In this document: piece after piece, positions 19,357-29,165 of the stretch
Position numbering within the stretch: the first letter of the stretch is position 1
Layout: the number at the start of each line of letters is the position of its first letter
Source: Parcubacteria group bacterium
GTDB taxonomy: Bacteria; Patescibacteriota; Minisyncoccia; Moranbacterales; UBA9337
NCBI GenBank assembly: GCA_041662245.1
Contig: JBAZSW010000002.1
Coordinates: 11,835-75,834, forward strand
DNA: 64,000 nucleotides
Reading direction: 5' to 3'
Notes under the pieces: generated by a model
The model's database searches: none
Told to the model about the DNA's origin: nothing
The model's input: the letters and a program-made list of their open reading frames with translations, nothing else
Made by a program: the position numbers and the translations under genes

Positions 19357-19707
19357 TTACTCAAAATTTTTATAAATCTCTCTGTCTTCTTTTGAGTGAG
19401 AAACTATTACTTTAATTGTTTTTCCCTTAGGAGGTTTATCAATACTAACATTTTTTTTATTTTTTTCCAAGACCTGAACTTCTCCTTGATTAAATAAGCT
19501 ATTATCGACAAATATTTTCCAGGAAAACTTAGTGTCATCAGAATAATTTTCTATTATGAAATTAGAGGAATCATCATTGATATTTTCAAAATATATAAAC
19601 CAGCTGTCCTTGATTTGATGTTGAGCGTTTTCCAAAATCGCTAAATAGGAAAAACTAATTAGAATGAATAAAGCAAGAGAAACTAGAATCGTTTTTTGAT
19701 TGGGCAT
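19357..19707 (-). CDS. small exported/membrane-anchored hypothetical protein
   Basis: ATG at 19707 avoids overlap with the upstream gene; N-terminal TM then beta-rich domain. Confidence 0.65.
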   Translation of the reverse strand: MPNQKTILVSLALFILISFSYLAILENAQHQIKDSWFIYFENINDDSSNFIIENYSDDTKFSWKIFVDNSLFNQGEVQVLEKNKKNVSIDKPPKGKTIKVIVSHSKEDREIYKNFE

Positions 19708-19711
19708 ATTT

Positions 19712-21781
19712 TTAGTGGTTATTTTTGGAAAAAATAGATAGACTATCTCCTTGATAAACTTTCGAAAAATTAGAAGTGGCTTTAAACTGGGGTTCATCAA
19801 CGGAGGTGTTGATAATAATATATTTGGTGAAAGTATTAGAAAAACATTTTTGAGCTCTTTCGGAAGATGGTTCATTGATCATCCAAAGAGTGCACATTTC
19901 TCGAGGTTTGGTGGAATCTTCATAGCGCTTGAAATAGCCTCGGGAAAGAGGATAATTATAGTCTTGCATAAAGAATAGTTTTATCCAAGAATCCGAAGAT
20001 AAATAATTGTGATCCTTAAGAACATTGGAAAAGCTTGAATTTTTGTTTGATCTTATCTGGCTAGAAAGAAATTCCGATGCATGAAATGTTTGAAGAGCTT
20101 TTTGATTTTTTTGTCCCAGAGAAAGAGAATTGGCATTATCATAATAGCCACCGAAAATAATAGTTACAAAGAATAAAACAAAAATAAGATGAAATATTTT
20201 TTTAGAAATAAGCAACTGTTTATTTAGCTTTTCTAGAAAAGATATGAGACCAATCAGCCCAATAGAGGCTAAAAAAATGAAGGGAAAGTTGGCATAATTA
20301 GCCACTCGGTCAGAGGGGATATTTATATGAAGCCATTGCGGAGTAACCGTCATTAGTGTTAATGCCAAAGCCCAACCTAAAAGAATTGAGGGCATCCAAA
20401 TATAATGATAATTTTTATTTTTCTGATTATCAAATTTATTTTTTAGAAAAACTAAGGCTAAAATAAAAAGAGAACCAATAATTCCTAGCGTCAGACGCAT
20501 TTCTCCTACGGCGTATTTAAACTGATTTAGTGTTAATCCTGCTCGAGTAGATTTGGATGGAGCTCCTACCACTGTAGTTTGGGCATTGGTTGTGATATAG
20601 CTAGGCATATAAACAAAAAATAGAAATAAGATCGTGGAAATTAAAAAAATAATAATTTGAGGGGAATAAATTAAAGTAAAGATGTCTTTAAAAGTTTTTT
20701 TGTAGTTTAAAATAAGTGTTTTAATTTTTGATTCGGAATCATCTAAAAAAGTTTTTAATATTAAAAGAACATTAAAAATTATTAGAGTAAAGACTAAAAT
20801 AAAGATAAAAATAAAACCACTTAAGTGGTGCGTATAAAATATCCCAGCGCTTAAAAATAATCCCATAAAAAGCATCCAGGAATTTTTTTCTTGAATGGCA
20901 CGAAAATAAAAGTAGAGACAAAGTGGAATAAGGAGATTGCCGATTAAATTTCCGATTACCCCTCCGCTGACAAATTTGGCTTGGGGAGAAGTTATGGCGT
21001 AGAATGGTCCAATTAAAAATAAAGTAAGGATAGCTAGGTTAACAGGGTTAATTATTTTTTTATTTAAAATATTTTTAAGAAGACTAGAATCAAAAATCCT
21101 TAGAGCTAAAATGAACATTGCTAGCAAACTGAAGATATTTATAGCAAACAAGAGTAAAGCAGGAAAATAAGAAATAAAAGAAATTCGAGTTAGGAGATTA
21201 ATCCCAGCAAAAATTAGATGTTCTCCTATAATAAAATCTGCAATAGGTTGAGATTGAAGTTGATAAGAGTTGTCATTTATAGAAATTATTTCATTTTTCT
21301 TGTAATCCGGTAGCTGGCCTGTTTGGGAGATTAATTTAGACCAATACATGTGGTGACCGAGATCAGTAGAGGTGGGGAAAATGGCGTCAGTTAAATAAAT
21401 AGTTTTTATAAAAATAGTTAGAAATAAGATTAATATTATAAGAGCGGATTGATTGGAGCTAAATTTTAAAACAGAATCATTTTCTATTGGGGGATAGTTT
21501 TTTTTATTTTTTTTGAATTTATATAACGCGTAACAGGCTAAAATAAAAGCAGAAAAGAGAATTAATATTAAATTTCGGTTAATATTAAAATTAAGTTTTC
21601 CAAAGAAAATAATAAGAAAATCAAAAATTATAAGACTAGTTGAGAAAGCAATAACGATAGTTTCAATAGGAAGAAAACGTTGAGAAAGATTTTTTTTAAA
21701 AATAGCCAACAGCAAAAAATATCCTGGTAAAAACAGTAGAAAAACTAAGCTGGCAAAAAATAATAAAAGTTGGATAAACAT
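19712..21781 (-). CDS. large polytopic membrane protein, probable GT-C glycosyltransferase
   Basis: More than 12 TM segments, D-x-x-x-H motif (TDLGHH) in the first external loop, soluble C-terminal domain; near GT2/GT4 genes. Confidence 0.65.
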   Translation of the reverse strand: MFIQLLLFFASLVFLLFLPGYFLLLAIFKKNLSQRFLPIETIVIAFSTSLIIFDFLIIFFGKLNFNINRNLILILFSAFILACYALYKFKKNKKNYPPIENDSVLKFSSNQSALIILILFLTIFIKTIYLTDAIFPTSTDLGHHMYWSKLISQTGQLPDYKKNEIISINDNSYQLQSQPIADFIIGEHLIFAGINLLTRISFISYFPALLLFAINIFSLLAMFILALRIFDSSLLKNILNKKIINPVNLAILTLFLIGPFYAITSPQAKFVSGGVIGNLIGNLLIPLCLYFYFRAIQEKNSWMLFMGLFLSAGIFYTHHLSGFIFIFILVFTLIIFNVLLILKTFLDDSESKIKTLILNYKKTFKDIFTLIYSPQIIIFLISTILFLFFVYMPSYITTNAQTTVVGAPSKSTRAGLTLNQFKYAVGEMRLTLGIIGSLFILALVFLKNKFDNQKNKNYHYIWMPSILLGWALALTLMTVTPQWLHINIPSDRVANYANFPFIFLASIGLIGLISFLEKLNKQLLISKKIFHLIFVLFFVTIIFGGYYDNANSLSLGQKNQKALQTFHASEFLSSQIRSNKNSSFSNVLKDHNYLSSDSWIKLFFMQDYNYPLSRGYFKRYEDSTKPREMCTLWMINEPSSERAQKCFSNTFTKYIIINTSVDEPQFKATSNFSKVYQGDSLSIFSKNNH

Positions 21782-21882
21782 TATTCTTCCGTATGGTTTT
21801 TAGAGCATTTAAGACTAACTATATAATAGCATAGATAGGAATTCGTCGGCAATTAATTCGTAGATAAATTGCATTGCTATAG

Positions 21883-22728
21883 CTATGTAAGTAAAATTAC
21901 TCCGATAGAAACTATAGCACCAGCGATAATTTTATTCATAATATTGGATTTTTCTTTAAGTAATATAATTCCACCTAAAACGATAAATATAGTAGAAACG
22001 GAAATCAATGGAATAACGACGGAAACATCAGCTAGCGAGGTAGCTTTTAGTTGAAAATAGTAGCCCAAAACATTTATGAGAGCCAAAAGAGGTATCTTCC
22101 AGGATCCGGTATATATTTCTGTTTTCAAATCTTGACGAGGTATTCGAGGTAAATAAATATATAGCAATGGAGCAGCCCAAATCAAAAGAGAATAAAATTG
22201 GGGAGAAAATTCGGTTGACATGACCTTTTTATCTATTGTCCAAGCGATGCCTAGCATCATAGCACAAATCAAAACTGTAATAAGAGCTTTGCTAAATTTG
22301 ATAGTGGTCTTTTTATAGCTGGCTAGGATAGTGGCAGTGATAATTAAGATTACCCCAATGAGTTTTTTTGTGCTAAAACTTTCTCCTAGTACTAAAATAG
22401 AAGAAATAAAGGTTATAGCAGGGGCTAGTCTAAATAAAACAGTGATAGTGGAAACTTCGATTTCTTTTCTAGCATAGAATTGAATCCTTTCATAAGTTCC
22501 ATAGAGAATTATAGATAAAAGCACGAGCAGTATGATTGAAATATCAGGTGTTGCAAAAGTTTGTCGAGGTTGAATAATAAATAACAGGAAAGCAAAAAGA
22601 GCTCCCCAAGAATTAAAAATAAAGGAGAAAGCTCTGGGATTTTTACTGTTTACTGCTAGCACTCGCATTAGTAAATTTAGAGCAGTAAGAAATATAACTG
22701 TTAAAATTGTATAGGTTATCCAATTCAT
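21883..22728 (-). CDS. EamA/DMT-family transporter
   Basis: About 10 TM in two repeats, LGE and LKEK ends. Confidence 0.85.
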   Translation of the reverse strand: MNWITYTILTVIFLTALNLLMRVLAVNSKNPRAFSFIFNSWGALFAFLLFIIQPRQTFATPDISIILLVLLSIILYGTYERIQFYARKEIEVSTITVLFRLAPAITFISSILVLGESFSTKKLIGVILIITATILASYKKTTIKFSKALITVLICAMMLGIAWTIDKKVMSTEFSPQFYSLLIWAAPLLYIYLPRIPRQDLKTEIYTGSWKIPLLALINVLGYYFQLKATSLADVSVVIPLISVSTIFIVLGGIILLKEKSNIMNKIIAGAIVSIGVILLT

Positions 22729-22836
22729 GGTTTAATTGTCCATTTTGATAAATTAAAGTAAAAAATATTTAATTTTTTAATTGCTTATTGGGAACATTGT
22801 TGATAAAATAAGTTTAATCTTTGTAATTAAGAAAAT

Positions 22837-23010
22837 ATGAAAGGACTTATTATTATTTTTGTGATTGTTGGTTCAAGTTTGGGAAGTTATGTCCCTGTTT
22901 TGTGGGGAGATAGTGTTTTTTCGATAGCCTCTATTCTTTTTAGCGCTGGAGGAGGATTTGCGGGGATTTGGTTGGGTTATCAGATAGCGCGAGGAATGGG
23001 GATAGAATAA
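22837..23010 (+). CDS. small Gly-rich membrane protein (57 aa, absent from the ORF track)
   Basis: MKGLIIIFVIVGSSLGSYVPVLWGDSVFSIASILFSAGGGFAGIWLGYQIARGMGIE; two TM helices with GxxxG. Confidence 0.7.
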   Translation: MKGLIIIFVIVGSSLGSYVPVLWGDSVFSIASILFSAGGGFAGIWLGYQIARGMGIE

Positions 23011-23108
23011 AAAAACTTTTAAGTTAAACAAATAAGAAATATGTATTGAGTTACGTATTTCTTATGCGTTTTGTTTTTCAAACTGAAATTTTTTTAAAAG
23101 TGGGTGTT

Positions 23109-24227
23109 TTAGATTTTTCTTAATTCTTCTAGATACTTTTTTCCAACTACTTCCCAAGAAAAATTCTCAAAAGTAAAATTTTGGGCACGTTTTCCAAAGG
23201 CTATTCGAAATTTATCATCCTCTAAGATAGCTTTAATTTTTTTCAGGTATTGTTCGGTATTTTTTGGTTCAACCATGAATCCATTTTTACCGTTAATGAT
23301 AGCGTCTTTTAAACCTTCCAAATTAGAAGCGACTACTACTTTGGCGCAAGCTGTTCCTTCAATAGCATTGATTCCAAACCCTTCCATCGAGCCTGCTACC
23401 TTAATATTAGGGGAGACAAACAAGTCAACAGTGTTAAAAATAATGTTGAGGGTTTCTTGGGGAATATTAGGAAATAACTTTACGCGATTTTCTAGATTAT
23501 TTTTTTTAATGTTTTCCTCACAATCAGGAAAAGTATCTTCATCACTGACAGTTCTTTTGCTTACCCGCCCGCCTGCTCCAATGAGAATATAATTTTCCGG
23601 CAAAAGAGGCATTACTTTATCAATAAACCAATCCAACCCTTTATGACGAACAAATCTTCCTACACGTAGAATAACTTTTTTGCCAGTCAAATCCATATTG
23701 AGAACCTCAGCTAAATCTTTGCGAGTATAATTATCGCAAACTTTATCAGCATCAAATCCATTGGGAATGAAAACACACTTCTCTTTATCAATCCCAAATT
23801 CAGTTGCTTCAGAAATGGTGTGGTTGCCTACCATAATTAGCTTGTTCATTTTTTTAAGAGCGGGAATATTTATAAGTCTGTAAATTTTGCCCATAAGAGA
23901 TTTTTTATAGGCGAAAGTTATGTCTAATCCGTGAATAATAGAAACAAATTTTTTTCTAGGATGAAAGAACTTTAAAAATACGCCCAAAGGAGCAAGAACC
24001 CCATCTCCAAAAAGAACAATATCATATTTCCAAAGAGAAAAAAGAGCGCCAAAAGTGGCTTGAAGCAAAAAAAATGGCAGATTTTTTTTACCTTTCTTGT
24101 TGGCAATTATTTTTACTTTAGTCAATTGAGAAAGTTCAGTGGCGATTCCATAATTTTGATTTTCAATCCCACCCAAAACAGGAGGATAAGCCCTAGAAAT
24201 AAATAATACTCGGGGATTTTTATTCAT
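23109..24227 (-). CDS. glycosyltransferase family 4
   Basis: YPPVLGGIE, IPNG, VGRFVRHKG, EGFGINAIE. Confidence 0.92.
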   Translation of the reverse strand: MNKNPRVLFISRAYPPVLGGIENQNYGIATELSQLTKVKIIANKKGKKNLPFFLLQATFGALFSLWKYDIVLFGDGVLAPLGVFLKFFHPRKKFVSIIHGLDITFAYKKSLMGKIYRLINIPALKKMNKLIMVGNHTISEATEFGIDKEKCVFIPNGFDADKVCDNYTRKDLAEVLNMDLTGKKVILRVGRFVRHKGLDWFIDKVMPLLPENYILIGAGGRVSKRTVSDEDTFPDCEENIKKNNLENRVKLFPNIPQETLNIIFNTVDLFVSPNIKVAGSMEGFGINAIEGTACAKVVVASNLEGLKDAIINGKNGFMVEPKNTEQYLKKIKAILEDDKFRIAFGKRAQNFTFENFSWEVVGKKYLEELRKI

Positions 24228-25197
24228 AATGTTTATCCTTATTCTTTTTTTTATTATAAAAATATGATTTCAATAAATACATTTCATCTTCAGTCAGCTT
24301 GCGGTTAGTCTTTATCATATCAGCGATGAGTGCAAAGATTATGGCTTGAAGTCCAATTAAAAACAGGGTTACTGAGAGGAGCAAATAATTCCGATAAGGA
24401 GAAACCTTGAAATCTTGAAAATAGAAAAAAAGAAAAACAAAAAAGATAGTTAGAGAAATAATAATTAAAATCAAACCCGGAATGCCAAAAAATTTCATCG
24501 GGCGTACATCCCGAATGGCTTTGATGATAATTTTAAAACTATTGTTGACAAAGTGATAAACACTTTTTACTACACGAGATTTTCTATCCGCGAAGTAGGT
24601 GACTTTAACAGGAATCCATTTTAACTTTAGATTTTTCCCTAGAGCATCAATAATAGTTTCTTGGGTGTAAGTAAATCCTCCAGGGAGATTTAGTTTAAGC
24701 ATCGTCTCACTGTTCATAGCTCGAAATCCACAAGTCAGATCTTTAATTTTAAATTGCATGAATTTTCCTACAATATTGGCAGCAAATCTATTTAAAAAGT
24801 CTTTTATCCAAGGAATATTTTTGGCTTTATGTTCCCCAAATCTATCGGCGATGACCATATCAGATTCTCCTTTTAAAATTGGGTCAAGTAACTGTTGGAT
24901 ATCATTGGGATCAAACTGTCCATCAGCATCAATATTAACCATTATATCTGCTCCATTTTCCAAAGCGTTCGTAATGGCTGTTTTGAAAACTACTCCAATC
25001 CCGCGGTTGGTGTTGTGAGAAACGATAAGATCAGCTCCTGCCTGACGAGAAACATCGGCGGTTTTATCTTTGGATCCATCATTTACAACTTGAATTAAAA
25101 CCTCATCTATCCCATCGAATTTTCTAGGAATTCTTTTAATAGTTTGTCCAATTTTTTCTTCTTCATTGTAAGCAGGTAAATTTATGATTAGTTTCAT
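24220..25197 (-). CDS. glycosyltransferase family 2 (polyprenol-phosphate glycosyltransferase-like)
   Basis: PAYNEE, NDGSKD, DADGQ, DLTCGFRA, two C-terminal TMs. Confidence 0.92.
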   Translation of the reverse strand: MKLIINLPAYNEEEKIGQTIKRIPRKFDGIDEVLIQVVNDGSKDKTADVSRQAGADLIVSHNTNRGIGVVFKTAITNALENGADIMVNIDADGQFDPNDIQQLLDPILKGESDMVIADRFGEHKAKNIPWIKDFLNRFAANIVGKFMQFKIKDLTCGFRAMNSETMLKLNLPGGFTYTQETIIDALGKNLKLKWIPVKVTYFADRKSRVVKSVYHFVNNSFKIIIKAIRDVRPMKFFGIPGLILIIISLTIFFVFLFFYFQDFKVSPYRNYLLLSVTLFLIGLQAIIFALIADMIKTNRKLTEDEMYLLKSYFYNKKKNKDKHYE

Positions 25198-25327
25198 AGT
25201 TTGATTTACTTTAATTATTATCAGTAAAAGTTAATGTAATATTAGCCTAAAATTAGGGTTTTGACAATGAAAATAGTGTATGCGTAAAATAGTGTATGAA
25301 GTTCATAATATTTGTAAAGCAAATGTA

Positions 25328-25410
25328 TAGTCATCAGTCAAAAGTCATCGGTCATCGAAGTCAAAATGCATTTTGATGACTTTTGACTGATGACTGATTA
25401 CTAATGATTA
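25328..25410. repeat. inverted 7-bp repeat arrays forming a 21-bp perfect stem upstream of rodA
   Basis: AGTCATCAGTCAAAAGTCATC (25329-25349) is the reverse complement of 25375-25395. Confidence 0.9.
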
Positions 25411-25476
25411 TGGTTGGCAAATGTTGTTTTTTAGATTAGGATAGTATGGAGATAAGTGAATTATCTTTTAAAAAAT

Positions 25477-26607
25477 ATGTTAGGAAAAATATTAAAATTA
25501 GATTGGATTTTGATTGTAGCTACGTTGCTTCTCTTGGGAGTGGGGCTTTTGGCACTTTATAGTATTTCAATTTCTGGAAAGAATATTGATGGTGGAGAAA
25601 TGACTTTTTTCCAAAAGCAAATGATAGCTTTTATTATTGGGATTGTGATTATGTTTGTTTTTTCTTTGACAGATTATCACTATTTCAAATCGCACAGTAA
25701 AATAATATATTTTTTAATGATTATTGTATTACTTTTGGTATTAGTGAAGGGGTCTTTGGTGAGAGGAACAACAGGCTGGATTTCCATTGGTTTTTTTAAT
25801 TTTCAGCCAGTAGAACTGGCTAAGATCTTGTTGATTGTATCTTTGGCAAGTTTTATAACCAAAAGCAAAGCCATGCTTAGCGAATTTTCTAGGCTGGTGG
25901 CTTCTTTCGCCATCACAGGAGTAGTTATTTTTTTAGTTTTGCTGCAACCTGATTTTGGGAGTGCTTTAGTATTGATGGCAATATTGATAGCTATGCTTCT
26001 TCTTTCAGGGATAGAATGGAAATATCTGGCCTCAATGTTTTTTTTGGGAGTGTTGAGTTTGATAGTTATCTGGTTTCTTTTAGCTGATTATCAAAAAAAT
26101 AGAATAATAAATTTTGTTAATCCAGAAAATGACCCTAGAGGAAGTGGTTATAATGTAATCCAATCGATGATTGCAGTGGGTTCGGGAGGAATAACGGGAA
26201 AAGGGCTGGGGCATGGTTCTCAATCACAACTTAATTTCTTGCCGGAAAATCATACGGATTTTATTTTTGCGGTGATTGTGGAGGAATTTGGCGTTTTTGG
26301 TGCGGGGGTAGTAGTAGTTTTAATTTCCATCATTTTTTACCGATTCAAAAAAATAGCAGAATTAGCTATGGATAATTTTGGCTATTTGATAGTGACGGGT
26401 AGTATGGCTATGTTTTTTACTCAAACAGTAGTCAATATAGGTATGAATATCGGCGTGATGCCCGTAACAGGAATCCCGCTTATTTTCCTAAGCTATGGAG
26501 GAAGCTCTCTTATTTCAGCTTTTATCGTAATAGGGATTGCAAATAATATTTTTTTGGTCGGTCGAAGAAATTTGGAAACTAGAATTCAGGTGGGAGATAA
26601 TTTTTAG
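25477..26607 (+). CDS. rodA: rod shape-determining protein RodA (SEDS)
   Basis: FQPVELAK, QPDFG, GYNVIQSMIAVGSGG, LPENHTDFIF, SYGGSS. Confidence 0.93.
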   Translation: MLGKILKLDWILIVATLLLLGVGLLALYSISISGKNIDGGEMTFFQKQMIAFIIGIVIMFVFSLTDYHYFKSHSKIIYFLMIIVLLLVLVKGSLVRGTTGWISIGFFNFQPVELAKILLIVSLASFITKSKAMLSEFSRLVASFAITGVVIFLVLLQPDFGSALVLMAILIAMLLLSGIEWKYLASMFFLGVLSLIVIWFLLADYQKNRIINFVNPENDPRGSGYNVIQSMIAVGSGGITGKGLGHGSQSQLNFLPENHTDFIFAVIVEEFGVFGAGVVVVLISIIFYRFKKIAELAMDNFGYLIVTGSMAMFFTQTVVNIGMNIGVMPVTGIPLIFLSYGGSSLISAFIVIGIANNIFLVGRRNLETRIQVGDNF

Positions 26608-26703
26608 TGCTTAAAAGAAAAATTCATTTTTCTTTTGGTTATGAATAAAGAAAATTAGCATTAAAATAGATTTGGGGTTGATTTTTATATATTAATATGT
26701 ATA

Positions 26704-27009
26704 ATGGTTATTATGAGAGAACAAGAAAATAACCTAAAGAATTTGACTAAATGTCCTTTGTGTAAGGCTAAATATGATAATTCCCAAACTTTTGTTTTGG
26801 AAGAGGGAGCGAGTAGGACTATATTTCATTTAACTTGTAGCAAATGTCAAAGTGCTATACTGGCTTTTATTACAGAAGGTAAGCAAGGAGTTGTAAGTTT
26901 AGGGGTGGCAACGGATTTGAGTATGGAGGAGGCTCGCAGTATGTTTAAGAAGAACCCAATTAATAAAGAAGAGGTTTTAAAGGTATATAAGTATTTAAAT
27001 AATAAATAA
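26704..27009 (+). CDS. hypothetical zinc-binding protein
   Basis: CPLC...HLTCSKC. Confidence 0.7.
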   Translation: MVIMREQENNLKNLTKCPLCKAKYDNSQTFVLEEGASRTIFHLTCSKCQSAILAFITEGKQGVVSLGVATDLSMEEARSMFKKNPINKEEVLKVYKYLNNK

Positions 27010-27080
27010 AGAATGAAATTGAATTTACAGAGAAGGTAATGGTGTAGTTTTTCTGTGAATGTATTTCGGTATAAAGAATT

Positions 27081-27749
27081 ATGAAAAGCGTGAACCTAAA
27101 GGCAAATCCAAGAGATTTAAAAAATGAGAATCTAAACAGCAAGAGAATAAATGGTGAAATCCCTGCCGTTTTATATGGACAAGGAAAAGAAAATATAAAT
27201 ATTTGGGTTAATGCATTGGCTTTTGGAAAAGTTTTTGATGAAGCTGGTGAAAATACGGTGGTTGCCCTAGAAATTCAAGGAGGAGAAAAAGAAAATGTTT
27301 TGATCTATGATTTTCAATCTAATCCTCTTTCAGGAAAAATTACGCATATTGACCTCTTGAGAGTTAATATGAAAGAAGAAGTGGAAACGGAAATTCCATT
27401 AGTTTTTGTGGGAGAAGCTCCTGCTGTAAAAGAACTAGGTGGAACATTGGTTAAAGTTTTAGACGAAGTGGAAGTAAGATGTCTGCCTGGAAATATGCCT
27501 CATGAATTAACTGTTGATTTAACTAAATTGGTTAGCTTTGAAGATAAAATTACAGTGGGAGACTTGGTTGTTTCTGCAGATGTTGAGATTTTGGATAATC
27601 CAGAAACTATGATTGCAGCTGTGTCTGCTCCTAGAAGCGAAGAGGAACTAGCTGAATTAAATGAGAAAGTAGAGGAAGATGTATCAAAAGTAACGGCTGT
27701 CAAAGAAAAAACTGCTGACGCTGAAGGAAAAGCCGAAGATAAAAAGTAA
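27081..27749 (+). CDS. rplY: 50S ribosomal protein L25/Ctc
   Basis: IPAVLYG, HIDL, GEAPAVKELGG, CLP. Confidence 0.95.
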   Translation: MKSVNLKANPRDLKNENLNSKRINGEIPAVLYGQGKENINIWVNALAFGKVFDEAGENTVVALEIQGGEKENVLIYDFQSNPLSGKITHIDLLRVNMKEEVETEIPLVFVGEAPAVKELGGTLVKVLDEVEVRCLPGNMPHELTVDLTKLVSFEDKITVGDLVVSADVEILDNPETMIAAVSAPRSEEELAELNEKVEEDVSKVTAVKEKTADAEGKAEDKK

Positions 27750-27812
27750 TTTTTTTAGTAGCTTTTAACTTGTAATAGTGTATATAAAAATAAAAAAATC
27801 TCCTATTGCGAA

Positions 27813-27865
27813 TGATCTGTACCCCAAAAAGTGGACATGCTAAAAAAGCACCTGTCCACTTTTTT
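27813..27865 (+). mobile_element. isolated IS3-family (IS150-like) terminal repeat remnant with hairpin
   Basis: TGATCTGTACCCCAAAAAGTGGACA resembles IS3/IS150-type ends (from memory); no transposase ORF nearby. Confidence 0.55.
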
Positions 27866-27909
27866 GTTTTGGTGTAAAATTTATAAATTAAAAGTCAGAA
27901 GTTTTGTTT

Positions 27910-27951
27910 GTACCCCCACCAGGAATCGAACCTAGATCTTCAGCTTAGAAG
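27910..27951 (-). repeat. 42-bp duplicate of the tRNA-Arg 3' half (att-like)
   Basis: Identical to 28066-28107; identity stops at the edge of the anticodon loop. Confidence 0.9.
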
Positions 27952-28066
27952 TCCTGAAAGCTAAACACTTTCAGCTCTAGGTCAGTTGAGCGTATTTATT
28001 TTGATGGAAGTTTCTTCAAAAGTTTTTTCTTTAAATTCAAAATTTGAAATTTGAAATTATTATGCG

Positions 28067-28138
28067 TACCCCCACCAGGAATCGAACCTAGATCTTCAGC
28101 TTAGAAGGCTGTTGCTCTATCCGTTGAGCTATGGGGGC
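28067..28138 (-). tRNA. tRNA-Arg(TCT)
   Basis: GCCCCCA acceptor, D arm GCTC/GAGC, loop CTTCTAA, GGTTCGATTCC; CCA not encoded. Confidence 0.95.
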
Positions 28139-28143
28139 ATATG

Positions 28144-28216
28144 TGCGCTGTGGGGGATTCGAACCCTCGACCGTTTGCTTAAGAGGCAACTGCTCTACCG
28201 ACTGAGCTAACAGCGC
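28144..28216 (-). tRNA. tRNA-Lys(CTT)
   Basis: GCGCTGT acceptor, loop CTCTTAA, GGTTCGAATCC; CCA not encoded. Confidence 0.95.
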
Positions 28217-28238
28217 AAAAGTCTTAATAACATGGTCA

Positions 28239-28267
28239 ATAGTAGCAATAAAATATAAGTTAGTCAA
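28239..28267 (-). promoter_or_regulatory. promoter of the tRNA-Lys/Arg pair
   Basis: TTGACT-17-TACTAT on the minus strand. Confidence 0.65.
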
Positions 28268-28460
28268 TATAAATTTGAAAATCAGAATTGTTATGGTGGC
28301 TACTAGTATGCATATAATAAAGATGGGTTCTTTATGGTATAATTTAGCCGTGTTAAAAATGTCGAAAAGACACTCCAGTACGATTATCAGAGATGTTTCA
28401 AGCAGAAAACAGAAGAGTGTTGCCTTAGTGAAGGTTTAAATAAACTTTTTTTATTATAAT

Positions 28461-29162
28461 ATGATAAAATTTTTTAAAAACAAAAAAGATATTTTGGCAG
28501 TTATGTCAGAAAAGGATGCTGGATCGATGAAATTATTGAAAAATGATATCAACGAAAAAAACAGAAATAATTTTTTCAAAGATTTAGGAATTGATAAAAA
28601 TAATGTTTTTTCAGCCGAGATAGTCCATAGTGACAAAGTTGAGATCGTGGATAATGATTCTCCCAAGATAATCAAAGGAGCAGATTCCTTAATAACAAGA
28701 AGAAAAGTTTTTTTAGCGGTAACAATAGCGGATTGCATCCCGGTTTATTTTTATGATGAAAAAAATAAGGTGATCGGACTGGCGCATGCTGGTTGGCGTG
28801 GAATTGCCGATGGGATAATTAAAAATACTCTAAATAAAATGCTAACTTTAGGTGCGACAGCCATAGAAATTAATATAATTATGGGACCTGGGATAAGAGA
28901 CTGTCATTTTGAAGTAGATAATGATGTGGCGGTTAATTTTAAAAATTATTCAGAATTTATTTTTAAAAAGGAAAATAAAATTTTTATTAATCTTTTTGGT
29001 ATTATTAACAAAGAATCTTTAGATTTTGGAATTAAAAAAGAAAATATTTCTGATTATGAAGAATGCACCTTCGAAAATAGTAATAAATATTTTTCCTATC
29101 GAAGAGATAACCCAAAAATAGTGGAGGCAATGATAGCGATTATGGGAATGAGAGATAATTAA
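28461..29162 (+). CDS. pgeF: PgeF/YfiH-family protein
   Basis: ADSLIT, ADCIPV, HAGWRG, GPGI..CHFEV, FSYRR. Confidence 0.9.
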   Translation: MIKFFKNKKDILAVMSEKDAGSMKLLKNDINEKNRNNFFKDLGIDKNNVFSAEIVHSDKVEIVDNDSPKIIKGADSLITRRKVFLAVTIADCIPVYFYDEKNKVIGLAHAGWRGIADGIIKNTLNKMLTLGATAIEINIIMGPGIRDCHFEVDNDVAVNFKNYSEFIFKKENKIFINLFGIINKESLDFGIKKENISDYEECTFENSNKYFSYRRDNPKIVEAMIAIMGMRDN

Positions 29163-29165
29163 AAA

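Noticed and set aside
27910-27990. A second functional or intron-containing tRNA-Arg
   Set aside because: No 5' acceptor strand complementary to TGGGGGT, and the anticodon stem is not restored.
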